Assembly (NCBI GenBank): GCA_963422395.1
Contig: OY729431.1
Span: forward strand, 1,716,680-1,780,679
DNA: 64,000 nucleotides
Reading direction: 5' to 3'
From: Vicinamibacteria bacterium
Lineage (GTDB): Bacteria > Acidobacteriota > Vicinamibacteria > Marinacidobacterales > Marinacidobacteraceae
Of the stretch, positions 40,409 to 57,576 are shown piece by piece. The stretch's first letter is position 1, and each line of letters opens with the position of its first letter. The notes below the pieces were generated by a model. The model was not told the DNA's origin and ran no database searches. It worked only from the letters and a program-made list of their open reading frames with translations. The position numbers were made by a program, and so were the translations under genes.

Positions 40409-41020
40409 TCAGCCCGAGGGGCGACGCAGGGAGAGGGCGATGCGGTCAGCGATGGTGCGGGCGAGCCGCCGGCGCTGGCCAGCCTCGTCCGGCGGGGAGC
40501 CCAGCGGAAAGCGCTCTGCGAAGACATGGGGGCGCGCCGCATCGTGGACCAGCAGCACATCCAGCCGAACGGTTTCTGCCGTTTCCGACTCCCCGCTTCC
40601 GCGAACAGAGGAGAGCGGCACCCACGACGAGCCCGGGGCGAGCGGCTGTCCCGGGCCGGATTCCAGGCTGCCGACGAGCACATAGTCGGCGCCGAGCCGC
40701 GCTCCGATGCGGAGGAGCCCGTCCTCCCGCTCCCGGGGGCTCAGCACCGGACGGAGGCGGCGCGGAGAAATCTCGAATATTCCCTCCGGATCGCCTCCGA
40801 GCCGCTCCCGGACCGCCTCCGAGAGCTGGCGCGCGAAGCCGACGAGCTCGCCGCGCCCCGTCCGGTCGTCGAAATCCGGGACGAGGAGCACCGGGCGCCC
40901 CGGCGGGTCGGGGCGCCGAAGCGCGCTCGGCTTCCCGGCGAAGGCGATCAGGCCGAGGACGGTTCCGAAGACGACGATCCCGCCTGCCACCAACAGGCCG
41001 CGCGGAGCCGTGTCGCTCAT
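40409..41020 (-). CDS. Hypothetical membrane-anchored periplasmic protein
   Basis: N-terminal transmembrane helix (LLVAGGIVVFGTVLGLIAF). No recognisable catalytic motif. Confidence 0.45.
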   Translation of the reverse strand: MSDTAPRGLLVAGGIVVFGTVLGLIAFAGKPSALRRPDPPGRPVLLVPDFDDRTGRGELVGFARQLSEAVRERLGGDPEGIFEISPRRLRPVLSPREREDGLLRIGARLGADYVLVGSLESGPGQPLAPGSSWVPLSSVRGSGESETAETVRLDVLLVHDAARPHVFAERFPLGSPPDEAGQRRRLARTIADRIALSLRRPSG

Positions 41021-41074
41021 CTTGCCCCCGGACGCCTCGGCGGCGATCATACGGCCCGAAACCGAGATCCACCC

Positions 41075-41866
41075 TTGTTGCCAGCCGTCGCCCTCGTGAA
41101 GCAGGTCCCCGACCGAAACTCGGCGTTTCGCCTTGCCGGGGACTGGATCGACGAGTCGAGCCTGGGATACGGCATGAGCGACTACGACCGCTCCGCCGTC
41201 GAGGCGGTCCTGGCGTTACGGGATGCCGGTTTGGTCTCGGAAACGGCAGTGGTGACCGCCGGGCCCGACGAAGCGAGTCAGGTCCTCCGCACCTGCCTCG
41301 CCATGGGCGCGGATCGAGGGGTGCACCTCGTTTGCGACCGGCGCGCTCTCGCAGATCCGTTCCCGGTAGCTCGCGCGCTCGCCGACGCCGTGCGCGACCT
41401 GAACCCCGCTGTCGTGACCGCAGGGCTCGTCACCGAAGACAGTGCCCACGGACAGGTCGGCGGCCTGGTGGCCGGTCTGCTCGGGTGGTCTTGGGCATCG
41501 GCGGTCACCGCGATCCGGCTCCGGGAGGATGTGGTCGAAGCGGAGCGCGAGCTCGAGAACAATCGGACGGCGGTGGTCGAGCTGCGGCTGCCCGCGGTGC
41601 TCGCGGTGCAGACCGGCATCAACACCCCGCGCTATGCGAGCCTGCGCGGCATCATGGCATCGCGGCGGAAGCCCGTCCGGCGCGTGGAACCGCCGACGCT
41701 CCGCACGCCCCCCGAAGCCGCTGGGCTCCGCCGGTTGACGCTCCGAAGACCCGACCGCAGCGCCGGCGCGGAAATTCTCGAAGGGGCGCCGGAAACGGTG
41801 GCGGAGGCACTCGTCGAGCGAATCCGCTCCGGCGCCGGGATCGCATTTCGAGGGCGCGGCCGATGA
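41075..41866 (+). CDS. etfB: Electron transfer flavoprotein beta subunit (TTG start)
   Basis: N-terminus LLPAVALVKQVPD is EtfB-like. Coupled to etfA. Confidence 0.8.
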   Translation: MLPAVALVKQVPDRNSAFRLAGDWIDESSLGYGMSDYDRSAVEAVLALRDAGLVSETAVVTAGPDEASQVLRTCLAMGADRGVHLVCDRRALADPFPVARALADAVRDLNPAVVTAGLVTEDSAHGQVGGLVAGLLGWSWASAVTAIRLREDVVEAERELENNRTAVVELRLPAVLAVQTGINTPRYASLRGIMASRRKPVRRVEPPTLRTPPEAAGLRRLTLRRPDRSAGAEILEGAPETVAEALVERIRSGAGIAFRGRGR

Positions 41867-42837
41867 GCCGGCGGGTTCTCGTCCTCGCGGAGCGGGACGG
41901 CCGCGGAGTCGCCGAGATCACTTTCGAACTGCTGGAAGCGGCAGCGCGCCTCGCCGAAGACCCCTCCGGGGTGTTCGTGGCGCTCCCCGCCGCCGATGCG
42001 GACGAGGCCGAGGCCGCCGCCGATGGCCTGCCGGCGGCGGAGATCCTCGGCGTTTGCGGGCCGGCGCTCGCCGCCTACAGCGCCGATGGATACGCCGAAG
42101 CCATCCTCCAGGCCCGGGAGGCAGCCGGGGCCCACTGTGTCCTGCTCCCGCACACCTCGATCGGCTGGGACACCGCACCTCTCGCCGCGGCCCGCAGCGG
42201 CGCCGCGGCGGCTACCGGGGCGACCGGCTTGCGTTGGACCGACGAGGGACTCTTCGTCTCCCGGAAGGCGTTCTCGGGCAAGTTCGTCCAGGAGGTCCTG
42301 CTCCCGGGGCTTCCCGCGGTCGCCACCGTCGAGCGGGGCACCTTCCCCGCCCGTATCTCCGGCGGCGCCGCTTCGTTCCGCGTGCTTCCCTGCCGGGTCC
42401 GGCCCGAAGACCTGCGCTCCCGGCTGCTCGAAGTCCGGGAGGTCGAATCCGCGGGAGAGGTGGACCTGCCGGCGGCCGAGGTGGTGGTCGCCGCCGGACG
42501 CGGTATGGGGGGGCCGGAGAATCTCCCTCTCCTGGAGGAGCTCGCCCAGGCGCTCGGCGGGGTGGTTGGCGCCTCGCGGGCGGTGACCGACGCCGGCTGG
42601 CTTCCGCACGACCGCCAGATCGGCTCCAGCGGGGCGACGGTTTCGCCGAAGCTCTACCTGGCGTGCGGCATCTCGGGCGCCATCCAGCACCTCGTGGGAA
42701 TGCGCGGCGCCCGCTTCGTGGTCGCCATCAACAAGGACCCCGACGCTCCCATCTTCGGCGCCGCCGATCTAGGGGTGGTCGGCGACGCGCTGGAGGTTCT
42801 GCCCGCCCTCAACGAAGCCATCCGCAAGGCGCGATAG
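41863..42837 (+). CDS. etfA: Electron transfer flavoprotein alpha subunit
   Basis: FAD-binding C-terminus (PKLYLACGISGAIQHLVGM). ATGA overlap with etfB. Confidence 0.85.
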   Translation: MSRRVLVLAERDGRGVAEITFELLEAAARLAEDPSGVFVALPAADADEAEAAADGLPAAEILGVCGPALAAYSADGYAEAILQAREAAGAHCVLLPHTSIGWDTAPLAAARSGAAAATGATGLRWTDEGLFVSRKAFSGKFVQEVLLPGLPAVATVERGTFPARISGGAASFRVLPCRVRPEDLRSRLLEVREVESAGEVDLPAAEVVVAAGRGMGGPENLPLLEELAQALGGVVGASRAVTDAGWLPHDRQIGSSGATVSPKLYLACGISGAIQHLVGMRGARFVVAINKDPDAPIFGAADLGVVGDALEVLPALNEAIRKAR

Positions 42838-42893
42838 AACCTGCCCTGGTCGAGCCCTCGCTCCGCGCTGCACCCCCACCACCGCTCCGGCTG

Positions 42894-44282
42894 CTACACC
42901 ATCGCTTCGGGACGGACCCATTCGTCGAACTGTTCCGCAGTGAGCAGATCCAGGGAGATCGCCGCCTCCTTGAGCGAGGTTCCGTCGGCGTAGGCCTTCT
43001 TGGCGATGCGGGCGGCGTTGTCGTAGCCGAGGTGCGGGTTCAACGCCGTGACCAGCATGAGCGAGTTTTCGAGGTTCTGCCGGAGACGCTCCTCGTTCGG
43101 TTCGATTCCGACGACGCAGCGCTCCCGGAAGGAATCGCAGCCGCCTTCGATCAAACGGGCGCTGCCGAGGAAGTTGTGGGCGATGAGGGGCTTCATCACA
43201 TTCAGCTCGAAGTTCCCCCCCGCCCCGCCGATCCCGATCGCCACATCGTTTCCTAGCACCTGCGCGGTGGCCATCAAGAGCGCTTCCGACTGGGTGGGAT
43301 TCACCTTGCCCGGCATGATGGAACTTCCCGGTTCGTTCGCCGGAAGGAGGATCTCGCCGATCCCCGAACGCGGCCCCGACGCCAGCCAGCGGATGTCGTT
43401 GGCGATCTTGTGGAGCGACACCGCCACCGTCTTCAGCGCGCCATGCGCGGCGACCAGCGCATCCCGGGAGGCGAGAGCCTCGAACTTGTTCGGCGCGCTC
43501 CGAAACTCGCACCCGGTGAGCCGGCTGAGCCAGCGGGCCGCCCGCGGCCCCATTTCCGGAGGGGCGTTCAGCCCGGTGCCCACTGCGGTGCCGCCGAGGG
43601 CGAGCTCCCGGAGATGGGGGAGCGAACCTTCGATGCGCAGGGCGCCGTGTTCGAGCTGGACCCGGTAGCCGGAGAACTCCTGCCCGAGGGTCAGCGGGGT
43701 GGCGTCTTGCAGGTGGGTGCGTCCGATCTTGACTACCGAGGCGAACGCCTCCGCCCGCTCGCCAAGCGCGGCAGCGAGCGCCCGCACTGCCGGAAGCACC
43801 CGTTGCTCGAGAGCGAGCACCGCCGCCACATGCAGGGCGGTGGGGAAGACATCGTTCGACGACTGCCCCCGGTTCACATCGTCGTTCGGGTGGACGAGCC
43901 GCCCCTGACCTCGCTGGCCCCCGAGCAGTTCGCTGGAGCGATTGGCGAGCACCTCGTTCATGTTCATGTTGGACTGGGTGCCGCTCCCGGTCTGCCAGAC
44001 GAGCAGGGGAAACTCCTCCGGGTGCTCTCCCGCCAGCACTTCCCCGGCGGCGGCGGCGATGGCGTCCGCTTTCTTCTCGAATCTCGAGTCGAGATCCCGG
44101 TTCACGAGCGCAGCGGCCTGCTTCACGAAAGCGAGCGCACGAACGATCTCTGACGGCATCCGTTCTCCCGAGATCCGGAAGTTCCGCCGGGACCGCTCGG
44201 TCTGCGCTCCGTAGAGGCGCACCGCCGGCACCTCCACATCGCCGAGCGTGTCCCGCTCGATCCTCGTATTCGACTCGGTCAT
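42894..44282 (-). CDS. fumC: Fumarate hydratase class II
   Basis: [17 protein letters not shown] signature. 462 aa. Confidence 0.8.
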   Translation of the reverse strand: MTESNTRIERDTLGDVEVPAVRLYGAQTERSRRNFRISGERMPSEIVRALAFVKQAAALVNRDLDSRFEKKADAIAAAAGEVLAGEHPEEFPLLVWQTGSGTQSNMNMNEVLANRSSELLGGQRGQGRLVHPNDDVNRGQSSNDVFPTALHVAAVLALEQRVLPAVRALAAALGERAEAFASVVKIGRTHLQDATPLTLGQEFSGYRVQLEHGALRIEGSLPHLRELALGGTAVGTGLNAPPEMGPRAARWLSRLTGCEFRSAPNKFEALASRDALVAAHGALKTVAVSLHKIANDIRWLASGPRSGIGEILLPANEPGSSIMPGKVNPTQSEALLMATAQVLGNDVAIGIGGAGGNFELNVMKPLIAHNFLGSARLIEGGCDSFRERCVVGIEPNEERLRQNLENSLMLVTALNPHLGYDNAARIAKKAYADGTSLKEAAISLDLLTAEQFDEWVRPEAMV

Positions 44283-44403
44283 CGGCGCCTCCCGCCGTCA
44301 GTCGCCCTGCATCGGTCGTCCCGCGGCGCACAGAATCGTACCGTCGGGAGTACCCGAGTTCCTTCCCTCGTAGCAAGCGGGATTACGATAGGAGACTGCC
44401 CCG

Positions 44404-51430
<7,027 letters not shown>

Positions 51431-51436
51431 CCGACC

Positions 51437-51458
51437 GACCGGCCCGGGCGGCGGGGCC
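51437..51458. terminator. GC-rich hairpin between convergent genes (ccggccc-N8-gggccgg)
   Basis: Palindrome seen in the sequence. No U-tract, as expected in a high-GC genome. Confidence 0.35.
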
Positions 51459-51469
51459 GGCGCGGTCCG

Positions 51470-52627
51470 TCAGCCGCCCAGGAAGCTGCGGGCGAGCATC
51501 CCCATCCCGTAGCCGAGGTAGTTCCCGACCGCGTAGCCGGCGAGCGCCACCGCGATCCCCGGAAGCAGCCGATCGCCGTAACCGCGCGCCGAGGCGATCG
51601 CCACTGCCGAGGCGGCCCCGCCGATGTTCGCCTGGGACGCCACCGCCAGCGTGCCGGTGTCGAAACGGAGCAGCCGCCCCAACCCGAAGATCACCAGCCC
51701 GTGGACGCCCACCGTGATCAGGGCGAACAGGAAGAGCGCCGGGCCGGCGGCGAGCATCTCCGAGACCAGCGATTGCGCGCCGTTTCCGGCGAGGAACAGG
51801 AAGATCAGCGCGTTGCCCAGAACCGGCGCTCCGCGCAGGCGGCGAACGACCGGCAGATGGCCGAGGAGGAGCGCGATCGAAGTCAGCCAGAGCACCGCGG
51901 GGATCGCGGGGAGCGCCGCGCCGAGCAGGCGCGCCGCGGTCATCGTCCCGAGAGTGATCGAGACGAGCCCGAAGAAGTCCATCACCCGCAGGCTCTCGCC
52001 GCTCTCCTTGAGCCGCTGCTCGAGCGTCATCGGCCCCGACCGAACCCCCTCCTCCTGTCTTGCCGGAGATCTTGCCGGGTTGGAGTTGCGGCCGCGCCGC
52101 AGGAGTGCCGGCAGCCCGAGGCAGGCAGCGAGCCAGGCCACCGTCACGATCACATCGGCGGCCACCGCCCCCGACATCAGGTTCGGGTCGGTGCCGAAGG
52201 CGCTCGCCAGCGCGTAGAAGTTCGCTCCTCCCCCGATATAGGTCCCGGTGAACTGGCCGGTCAGCTTCCAGGCCTCGGCGCCCACTGCGCCGGACAGCAG
52301 CACAGTGGCGAGCAGGGTCCCGAGCATCGTTCCGAGAGCTCCGAGGCCGAACGCCCCGAGCATCGTTCTTCCCGCCTGCCGGATCGTCCGCAGGTCCACC
52401 GCCAGCAGGATGAGCACGATCGCCGCGTTCACCCAGATCGTCCCGAGCTGGTTGTACGCCGCGGCGTCGCCGGGAAGGACTCCCGAGTTCGAGAGCAGCA
52501 TCCCGAGCGTCAGGCACAGAAGGCCCGCACTCGCCGCGCGGAAGAAGCGAAACCGCTTTTCGAGCCAGACCGCGACGAACACCACCAGGGCGAGCGTCAG
52601 GAAGATGCCGAAGGGGTCCTGGATCAT
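51470..52627 (-). CDS. DUF819-family integral membrane protein
   Basis: Polytopic membrane protein. Family assignment from overall pattern, moderate confidence. Confidence 0.55.
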   Translation of the reverse strand: MIQDPFGIFLTLALVVFVAVWLEKRFRFFRAASAGLLCLTLGMLLSNSGVLPGDAAAYNQLGTIWVNAAIVLILLAVDLRTIRQAGRTMLGAFGLGALGTMLGTLLATVLLSGAVGAEAWKLTGQFTGTYIGGGANFYALASAFGTDPNLMSGAVAADVIVTVAWLAACLGLPALLRRGRNSNPARSPARQEEGVRSGPMTLEQRLKESGESLRVMDFFGLVSITLGTMTAARLLGAALPAIPAVLWLTSIALLLGHLPVVRRLRGAPVLGNALIFLFLAGNGAQSLVSEMLAAGPALFLFALITVGVHGLVIFGLGRLLRFDTGTLAVASQANIGGAASAVAIASARGYGDRLLPGIAVALAGYAVGNYLGYGMGMLARSFLGG

Positions 52628-52698
52628 GCCCGCGCTCCTCGGGGCAACCGGCGGCGGCGAAGAGTGTCGCTCACCGCGGCAGACCGCTACCTAATCCC

Positions 52699-53826
52699 TC
52701 AGCGGAGGCCGTCCGCCCAAGCGCGCACCGGGTTCACCAGCGTTCCGATCCCCTCCGCCCAGCAGGCGGCGGTGTCGCCGGGCTCCATGAAGATCGGCGG
52801 GTCCCGCGCGTAGCCGACCCCGTCCGGGGTGCCAGTGGCGATCACATCGCCCGGGCGGAGGATCAGGTTGTGCGAGGCGTACTGGATCAGTTCGAAGACC
52901 CCGTGCTCCATGAGGCCGGTGTTCGCGTCCTGCATCACCTCGCCGGAGAGGGTGAAACGGATGTCGAGGTCGTGGGGATCGGCGACGAATTCCGCGGGAG
53001 TGATGAAAGGGCCGAGCGGGGCGAAGGTCTCGGTGCTCTTCCAGACCAGCCAGTCGGAGCCGTAGCGGTCGTCGCCGCGCCCCTCGCGGTCTCCCACATC
53101 GTTCATCATCGTGTAGCCGAAGATGTGGTTCCCGGCGTCGGCGGCCGCCGCCTCGCTCGCCGGCTGGCCGATCACCACCGCGAGCTCGCATTCCCAGTCC
53201 ACCATCTCGCGATCCGGCTTCATCAGGATCGGCTCGCCGTGGCCGATCGCGATGGCCCCCGGCTTCAAGAAGAGATAGGGATTCTGCCGGGCGTCTTCCG
53301 GCTCGCGCTCCCAGAAGTGGTCCATCGAGGCCGGCGCGTCGTCGAGCGCGGAGGCGTCCGACATCGCCGCCGGCGCCCCGGTGGTCATCTCCCGGCCGTG
53401 CGCCGGGTAGTTCAACGCGGTCGCCAGGATGATCCCAGGCCGGACCGGCGGGAACACATGGAGCCCTTCGAGCTCGTGGATCCAGCGCGGCCGCTCGCCT
53501 TCCGGCCCGGCGAGCAGGGGAAGCACCCGGTCCACGATGGCGTGAGCGCGCTCGCGCATTCCGAGGTTCCAGCGCCCGGCGAGCTCGCGCATGTCCTCCG
53601 GCATCGGCAGCCGGACCCAGAGCCGGTTATGCCGTTCCAGCGAGGCGTTCGCCCGCGCGAGGTCCACGGCGAAGGCGTCCCGCAGCACGATCCCGAGGAA
53701 TGCCTCCCCCCGATGCTCGAAAGTCCCCAGCCGGAAGGGCTCGGCCGAAGCGGAGGCCGGAGCCGTTCCCATGAGGAGCGCGGCAGCGACGGCGAACAGC
53801 AGGCCGATCGGGTGTCTTCGACTCAT
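52699..53826 (-). CDS. Fumarylacetoacetate hydrolase (FAH) family protein with signal peptide
   Basis: Signal peptide AVAAALLMGTAPASASA. FAH-type C-terminal domain (GTPDGVG). Confidence 0.7.
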   Translation of the reverse strand: MSRRHPIGLLFAVAAALLMGTAPASASAEPFRLGTFEHRGEAFLGIVLRDAFAVDLARANASLERHNRLWVRLPMPEDMRELAGRWNLGMRERAHAIVDRVLPLLAGPEGERPRWIHELEGLHVFPPVRPGIILATALNYPAHGREMTTGAPAAMSDASALDDAPASMDHFWEREPEDARQNPYLFLKPGAIAIGHGEPILMKPDREMVDWECELAVVIGQPASEAAAADAGNHIFGYTMMNDVGDREGRGDDRYGSDWLVWKSTETFAPLGPFITPAEFVADPHDLDIRFTLSGEVMQDANTGLMEHGVFELIQYASHNLILRPGDVIATGTPDGVGYARDPPIFMEPGDTAACWAEGIGTLVNPVRAWADGLR

Positions 53827-53884
53827 GGAGGCGGAGTATCCCACCGGGGAGCTCGCCCACTAAAAAGCGGACGACTCTCAGGAG

Positions 53885-55850
53885 TCACCCCTTCCTGCGG
53901 TCCGCGGTCAATTCCACCAGGCGGGAGCCGATGACCCTGACCCTGGCCCGTTCGCCCGGACGAAGCCCCAGCCGGCGAAGCGGATCGGCCAGGTATCCGA
54001 GCGAGGCTCCGTTGATGGAGGCAAGCGGCCATCGGACCGAGAGAGCGGGGCAGTCGGGCAGGTTCTCGATCCGGACCCGCTCTCGTCCGTCCGGGGCGCA
54101 TCCGAGCTCCTCGGCGAACTCCGGAGGCATCCCGGTAACGCTGTATCCATCGAAGAAGCGGGCATGCACCTGGAATGTCCAGTACGGGGCGCCGCCGCGG
54201 TCCCGCCCATCGATCACCTCGTCCAGAGGACGCAGTGGCAGCGAAGAGATATCGGCGATTCGGATCCACCCATCGCGAATCACGAACTTCGGCGCTCGCA
54301 TGAAGATGCGAACGCTGTTCGGTTCCACCTTGAATTGCCGGGGAATCTCCCTGAGACACCTTTCGGTCGTCGTCGCCCCGCCTCCTTCCTCGATTCGGCG
54401 AAGGATTTCCTCGACGATCCCTTCGTACGGGACATCGATCCATTCGCCGAGCCCCCAGCGGTCCTTGTCGGCTTTGACGACGCTCGGTATGTTCGAAAGG
54501 TGGGCACCGATCCGGCGTTCCGGCAATCCGCACACCGCTGCGATCTCCTGGCGCGCCGCCGGGCGCCCGAACGAGAGGAGAGCCGCCTTGGCCCGTGCTT
54601 TCCGAGTCGAACGAATCCCCCAGGATCCGTGTAGATCGTGGAGCCCGCACTGTTTTCGCAGCCACGGCCAGGACCGGCGCCACTCGCCCTCAGGCAGCCT
54701 CGCGATCAACTCGGACTCGTCGACGAGGCCGACATCATCCGCGAGCTCCTGAGCGTGAGCCTTGACCTCCTCGATGACTTTCCTGGTGCTCTCGTCGATG
54801 TAGAAGCCGTCTCGCAGGGTGAAACCCATTTCCGCGATCAAAGCCCGTCCCAACAGACGCTCGACCAGCGGGGAAGCAGCCGACAACAGGGATTTCAGGC
54901 GCCGCTCGACCGTGGCCTCCGGGGCGATGGATCCCAACTGCTCTTGCAAAACCAATGCGAGGACCCGCCGTTCTGCACCCATCGTGCCGCCGATTCTCCT
55001 TTCGACTCTGACTTGAATCTGGCGGATCCGTTCTCGCGTCACACCGACCCGCGATCCAATCGCTTCGAGCGTCAGCGGCGGTGCCCGCAGCAGCCGTTCT
55101 TCGACAATCGTGCGTTCGGTCGCCGACATCGCCTCGATCGTTCTCGCCAAACGGCTCGACATGAGGGACAGGGGGCCGATCGCCCCCTCGACCAGGTTCT
55201 CGATTCGGATCGCCGACATCTCCCGGTCGAGACCCAACCTGGCCGCCAGCCGGAGGAAATCCGGATGCAGCGCATCCGCGAGAGTTGCCCCCACTCGAAG
55301 TTCCACGGCCGCTGCGAAGAGTGGGCGCAACAGGTTCCCGGCCCCTCCCCAGGGGCCGGCGGCAGTCGGCGATGCCGCCGCACCACCCTGCTGCGCCGAG
55401 TCGGCGGCGTCCCTCGGCGACGGACTCGCCTGGTGCGATGCCTCGACTCCGGCGGCGGCTCTCTCCTTGAGAACTTCCTCGACCTCGAAGAGCAAGTTCT
55501 TCATGGACAGGTGTCCGAAGTTGCGAATGCCGAGCAGGTCGCGAACGGCGAGAGCGTTGTCCCCCTCCATGAGCCGCGCCGTCCGCAAAGCGTTTGCCGT
55601 TCGGAAAGTCAGGAGCAGACGGTGGAGGATCGAGCGATCGAAACCCGCGGGCCAGGCGAGTGCGTTCGAACGAGGTTTGCGGCCCAGGTGAAGAGCAGTG
55701 AGCGTCTCCTCGAGCTCGTCGAGATAGCGCTGCGCTTCGCCGGAAGACAGCTGCCCGGCGACCGTCCGACGCCAGGGGAACGGCTCTTCGGCTCCGAGCG
55801 CGGCAGCACCCATCGGCTCGCCACCCTCTGCCTGGGACGGCGCCTTCATG
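53885..55850 (-). CDS. Large uncharacterised protein with embedded sigma-70 region-4-like HTH (LTLEAIGSRVGVTRERIRQIQVRVERRI) but no recognisable sigma region 2
   Basis: The HTH segment matches the region 4.2 consensus. Start at MKAPSQAEGG (55850). The remainder has no recognisable domain. Confidence 0.5.
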
Positions 55851-55890
55851 AAAGGCTCCAGCGATACCGTCTGATCGGCAATCCGATCGA

Positions 55891-57576
55891 TCAGGGGCGC
55901 AGGTCGAGCACGGGGTCCTTCTGGCCGGTCAGCTCCCAGCGCACCAGCGTGATCGGAATCACCCCAGCGCCGTAGAAACGGTCGAAGAAGCCCTTCACCG
56001 AGAAGTCCGGCCCGTCCAGCAGCGCTGCCTCGGCGAGCAGTTCCTCGATCTGCAGCTTCCCGACTACATAGCTGGTCCCATAGCCCGGCTGGCGCAGGTA
56101 GAGGTGTTGTTCGCCGCGGACGAGTTCGCCTTCGGTGAGCCAGCCGCGCGGAGTCCAGCGCATCGCGTGCGCCACCGCCTCCTCCATGTCGAACTCGCCG
56201 CTGTGGAGGCGCAGCCCGCTGAGCGCGCGGGCGGCGCGCTGGGCCAGCATGATCCAGGTGAGTTCGCGGGAGCGCGGCGACCCTGCGAGCAGGCCGAGAT
56301 GGAGGAACATCTCCTCGACGCCGGTGGCGAGCCCCTCGGAACGGACCGCGAAGATGTTCCCGAGCGACGGCACCGCACGCATCGGGCTCGGGTGCGGCGC
56401 CTCCCGCATCGCCGCCAGCTCGATCCAATGGTGCATGTGGGGCCGGAAGGCGTCCGGATCCCGGTAGTTCACCTCGTTGAAGAAATTCCGCAGGTCGTCC
56501 GGGTCGGCGAGCGGCTGGAAGACGCCCACCTTCTCCCGCAGCGCCGGCGCCATCCAGGATTCCACGGTCTGGACTTCCTCCCGCTCGAGGAACTCCAGAT
56601 AGCGATCCACCGACTCGTCGAGGCGGCGGTCGTATTCGGCGGCGGAGGCGATCCGCTCGAGATCCGGGAGCGCCCGGTTGCGGTTCTCCTCGAGCCGCAG
56701 CGAGGCGTGCGACCGCGCGAGCTCCCGCCGGACGAGGGTCACCTGCTCCTCCCACGACCAGGGGAGCAGATGCACCTGGCGCATGAGCCAGGTGTAGTGG
56801 TCCGCACCGATCCCCGAGGGTCCGTTCTTCGCCTCCGCCTCGGCGGACAGCCACGCACGGAAGTCCAGGGTGGCGCGGCGGGCTTCGGCCACCGCGGCGT
56901 CGAGAGCCTCGTTCCTGCCTTCGACCCGCTCCCCGAAGGCCGCGAGGTCAGCCGCCTGATTCCGGAAGGCCCGAAGCCCGGCGAGCCAGAGATCCCTGGC
57001 GTTCGAGGCGGCGAGATTCTCCCGCGCCTGGGCGAGAAGCGCGGGAATCGCCCCGATCCGCCCGGCGAGCTCGGCGGCATCCGCGTCCGAAAGCGGATAC
57101 TCGTAGGTCCACAGGTCGATCCAGCCGTGGATCACCGCCCCTTCGTGCGCCGGCACATCGCTCTGGGCGGGGAACACCGTCACATAGAACGCGGGGTCGC
57201 GCGCCCAGGGCCGCCGCACCCGGTGATCGAAGTCGAGCCCGTTCATCTCGGCGCGCACCAGGTGCCAGTCCACTTGCTCCGCGACCGGCCAACTTTCCGG
57301 GGCGAGTGCGTCCAGCCGGGCGCGCCAGTCCGGCAGGGCTGCGTGCTGACGAGCCATCGCTCCGGCGGTGTAGTCGGGGACTCCGTTCCCGAAATCGGGG
57401 CGCTCGAACTCGCGCCACTCCGCGAAGAGCGCGATCAGATCGTCGTGGGTTCCCGGCGCGGCCGGCGCCGGCCCCGGTTCCGGCGCGCAGCCGGCGGCGA
57501 GCAGCGCTGCCAGCACGACCCGAAACCTGAAGGGAGAGCGCGCGGCGGGAACAGAGCGCAGGGTCATGGGGTCCAT
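55891..57576 (-). CDS. DUF885-family lipoprotein
   Basis: Lipobox LLAAGC. Family-level resemblance only. Confidence 0.55.
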   Translation of the reverse strand: MDPMTLRSVPAARSPFRFRVVLAALLAAGCAPEPGPAPAAPGTHDDLIALFAEWREFERPDFGNGVPDYTAGAMARQHAALPDWRARLDALAPESWPVAEQVDWHLVRAEMNGLDFDHRVRRPWARDPAFYVTVFPAQSDVPAHEGAVIHGWIDLWTYEYPLSDADAAELAGRIGAIPALLAQARENLAASNARDLWLAGLRAFRNQAADLAAFGERVEGRNEALDAAVAEARRATLDFRAWLSAEAEAKNGPSGIGADHYTWLMRQVHLLPWSWEEQVTLVRRELARSHASLRLEENRNRALPDLERIASAAEYDRRLDESVDRYLEFLEREEVQTVESWMAPALREKVGVFQPLADPDDLRNFFNEVNYRDPDAFRPHMHHWIELAAMREAPHPSPMRAVPSLGNIFAVRSEGLATGVEEMFLHLGLLAGSPRSRELTWIMLAQRAARALSGLRLHSGEFDMEEAVAHAMRWTPRGWLTEGELVRGEQHLYLRQPGYGTSYVVGKLQIEELLAEAALLDGPDFSVKGFFDRFYGAGVIPITLVRWELTGQKDPVLDLRP

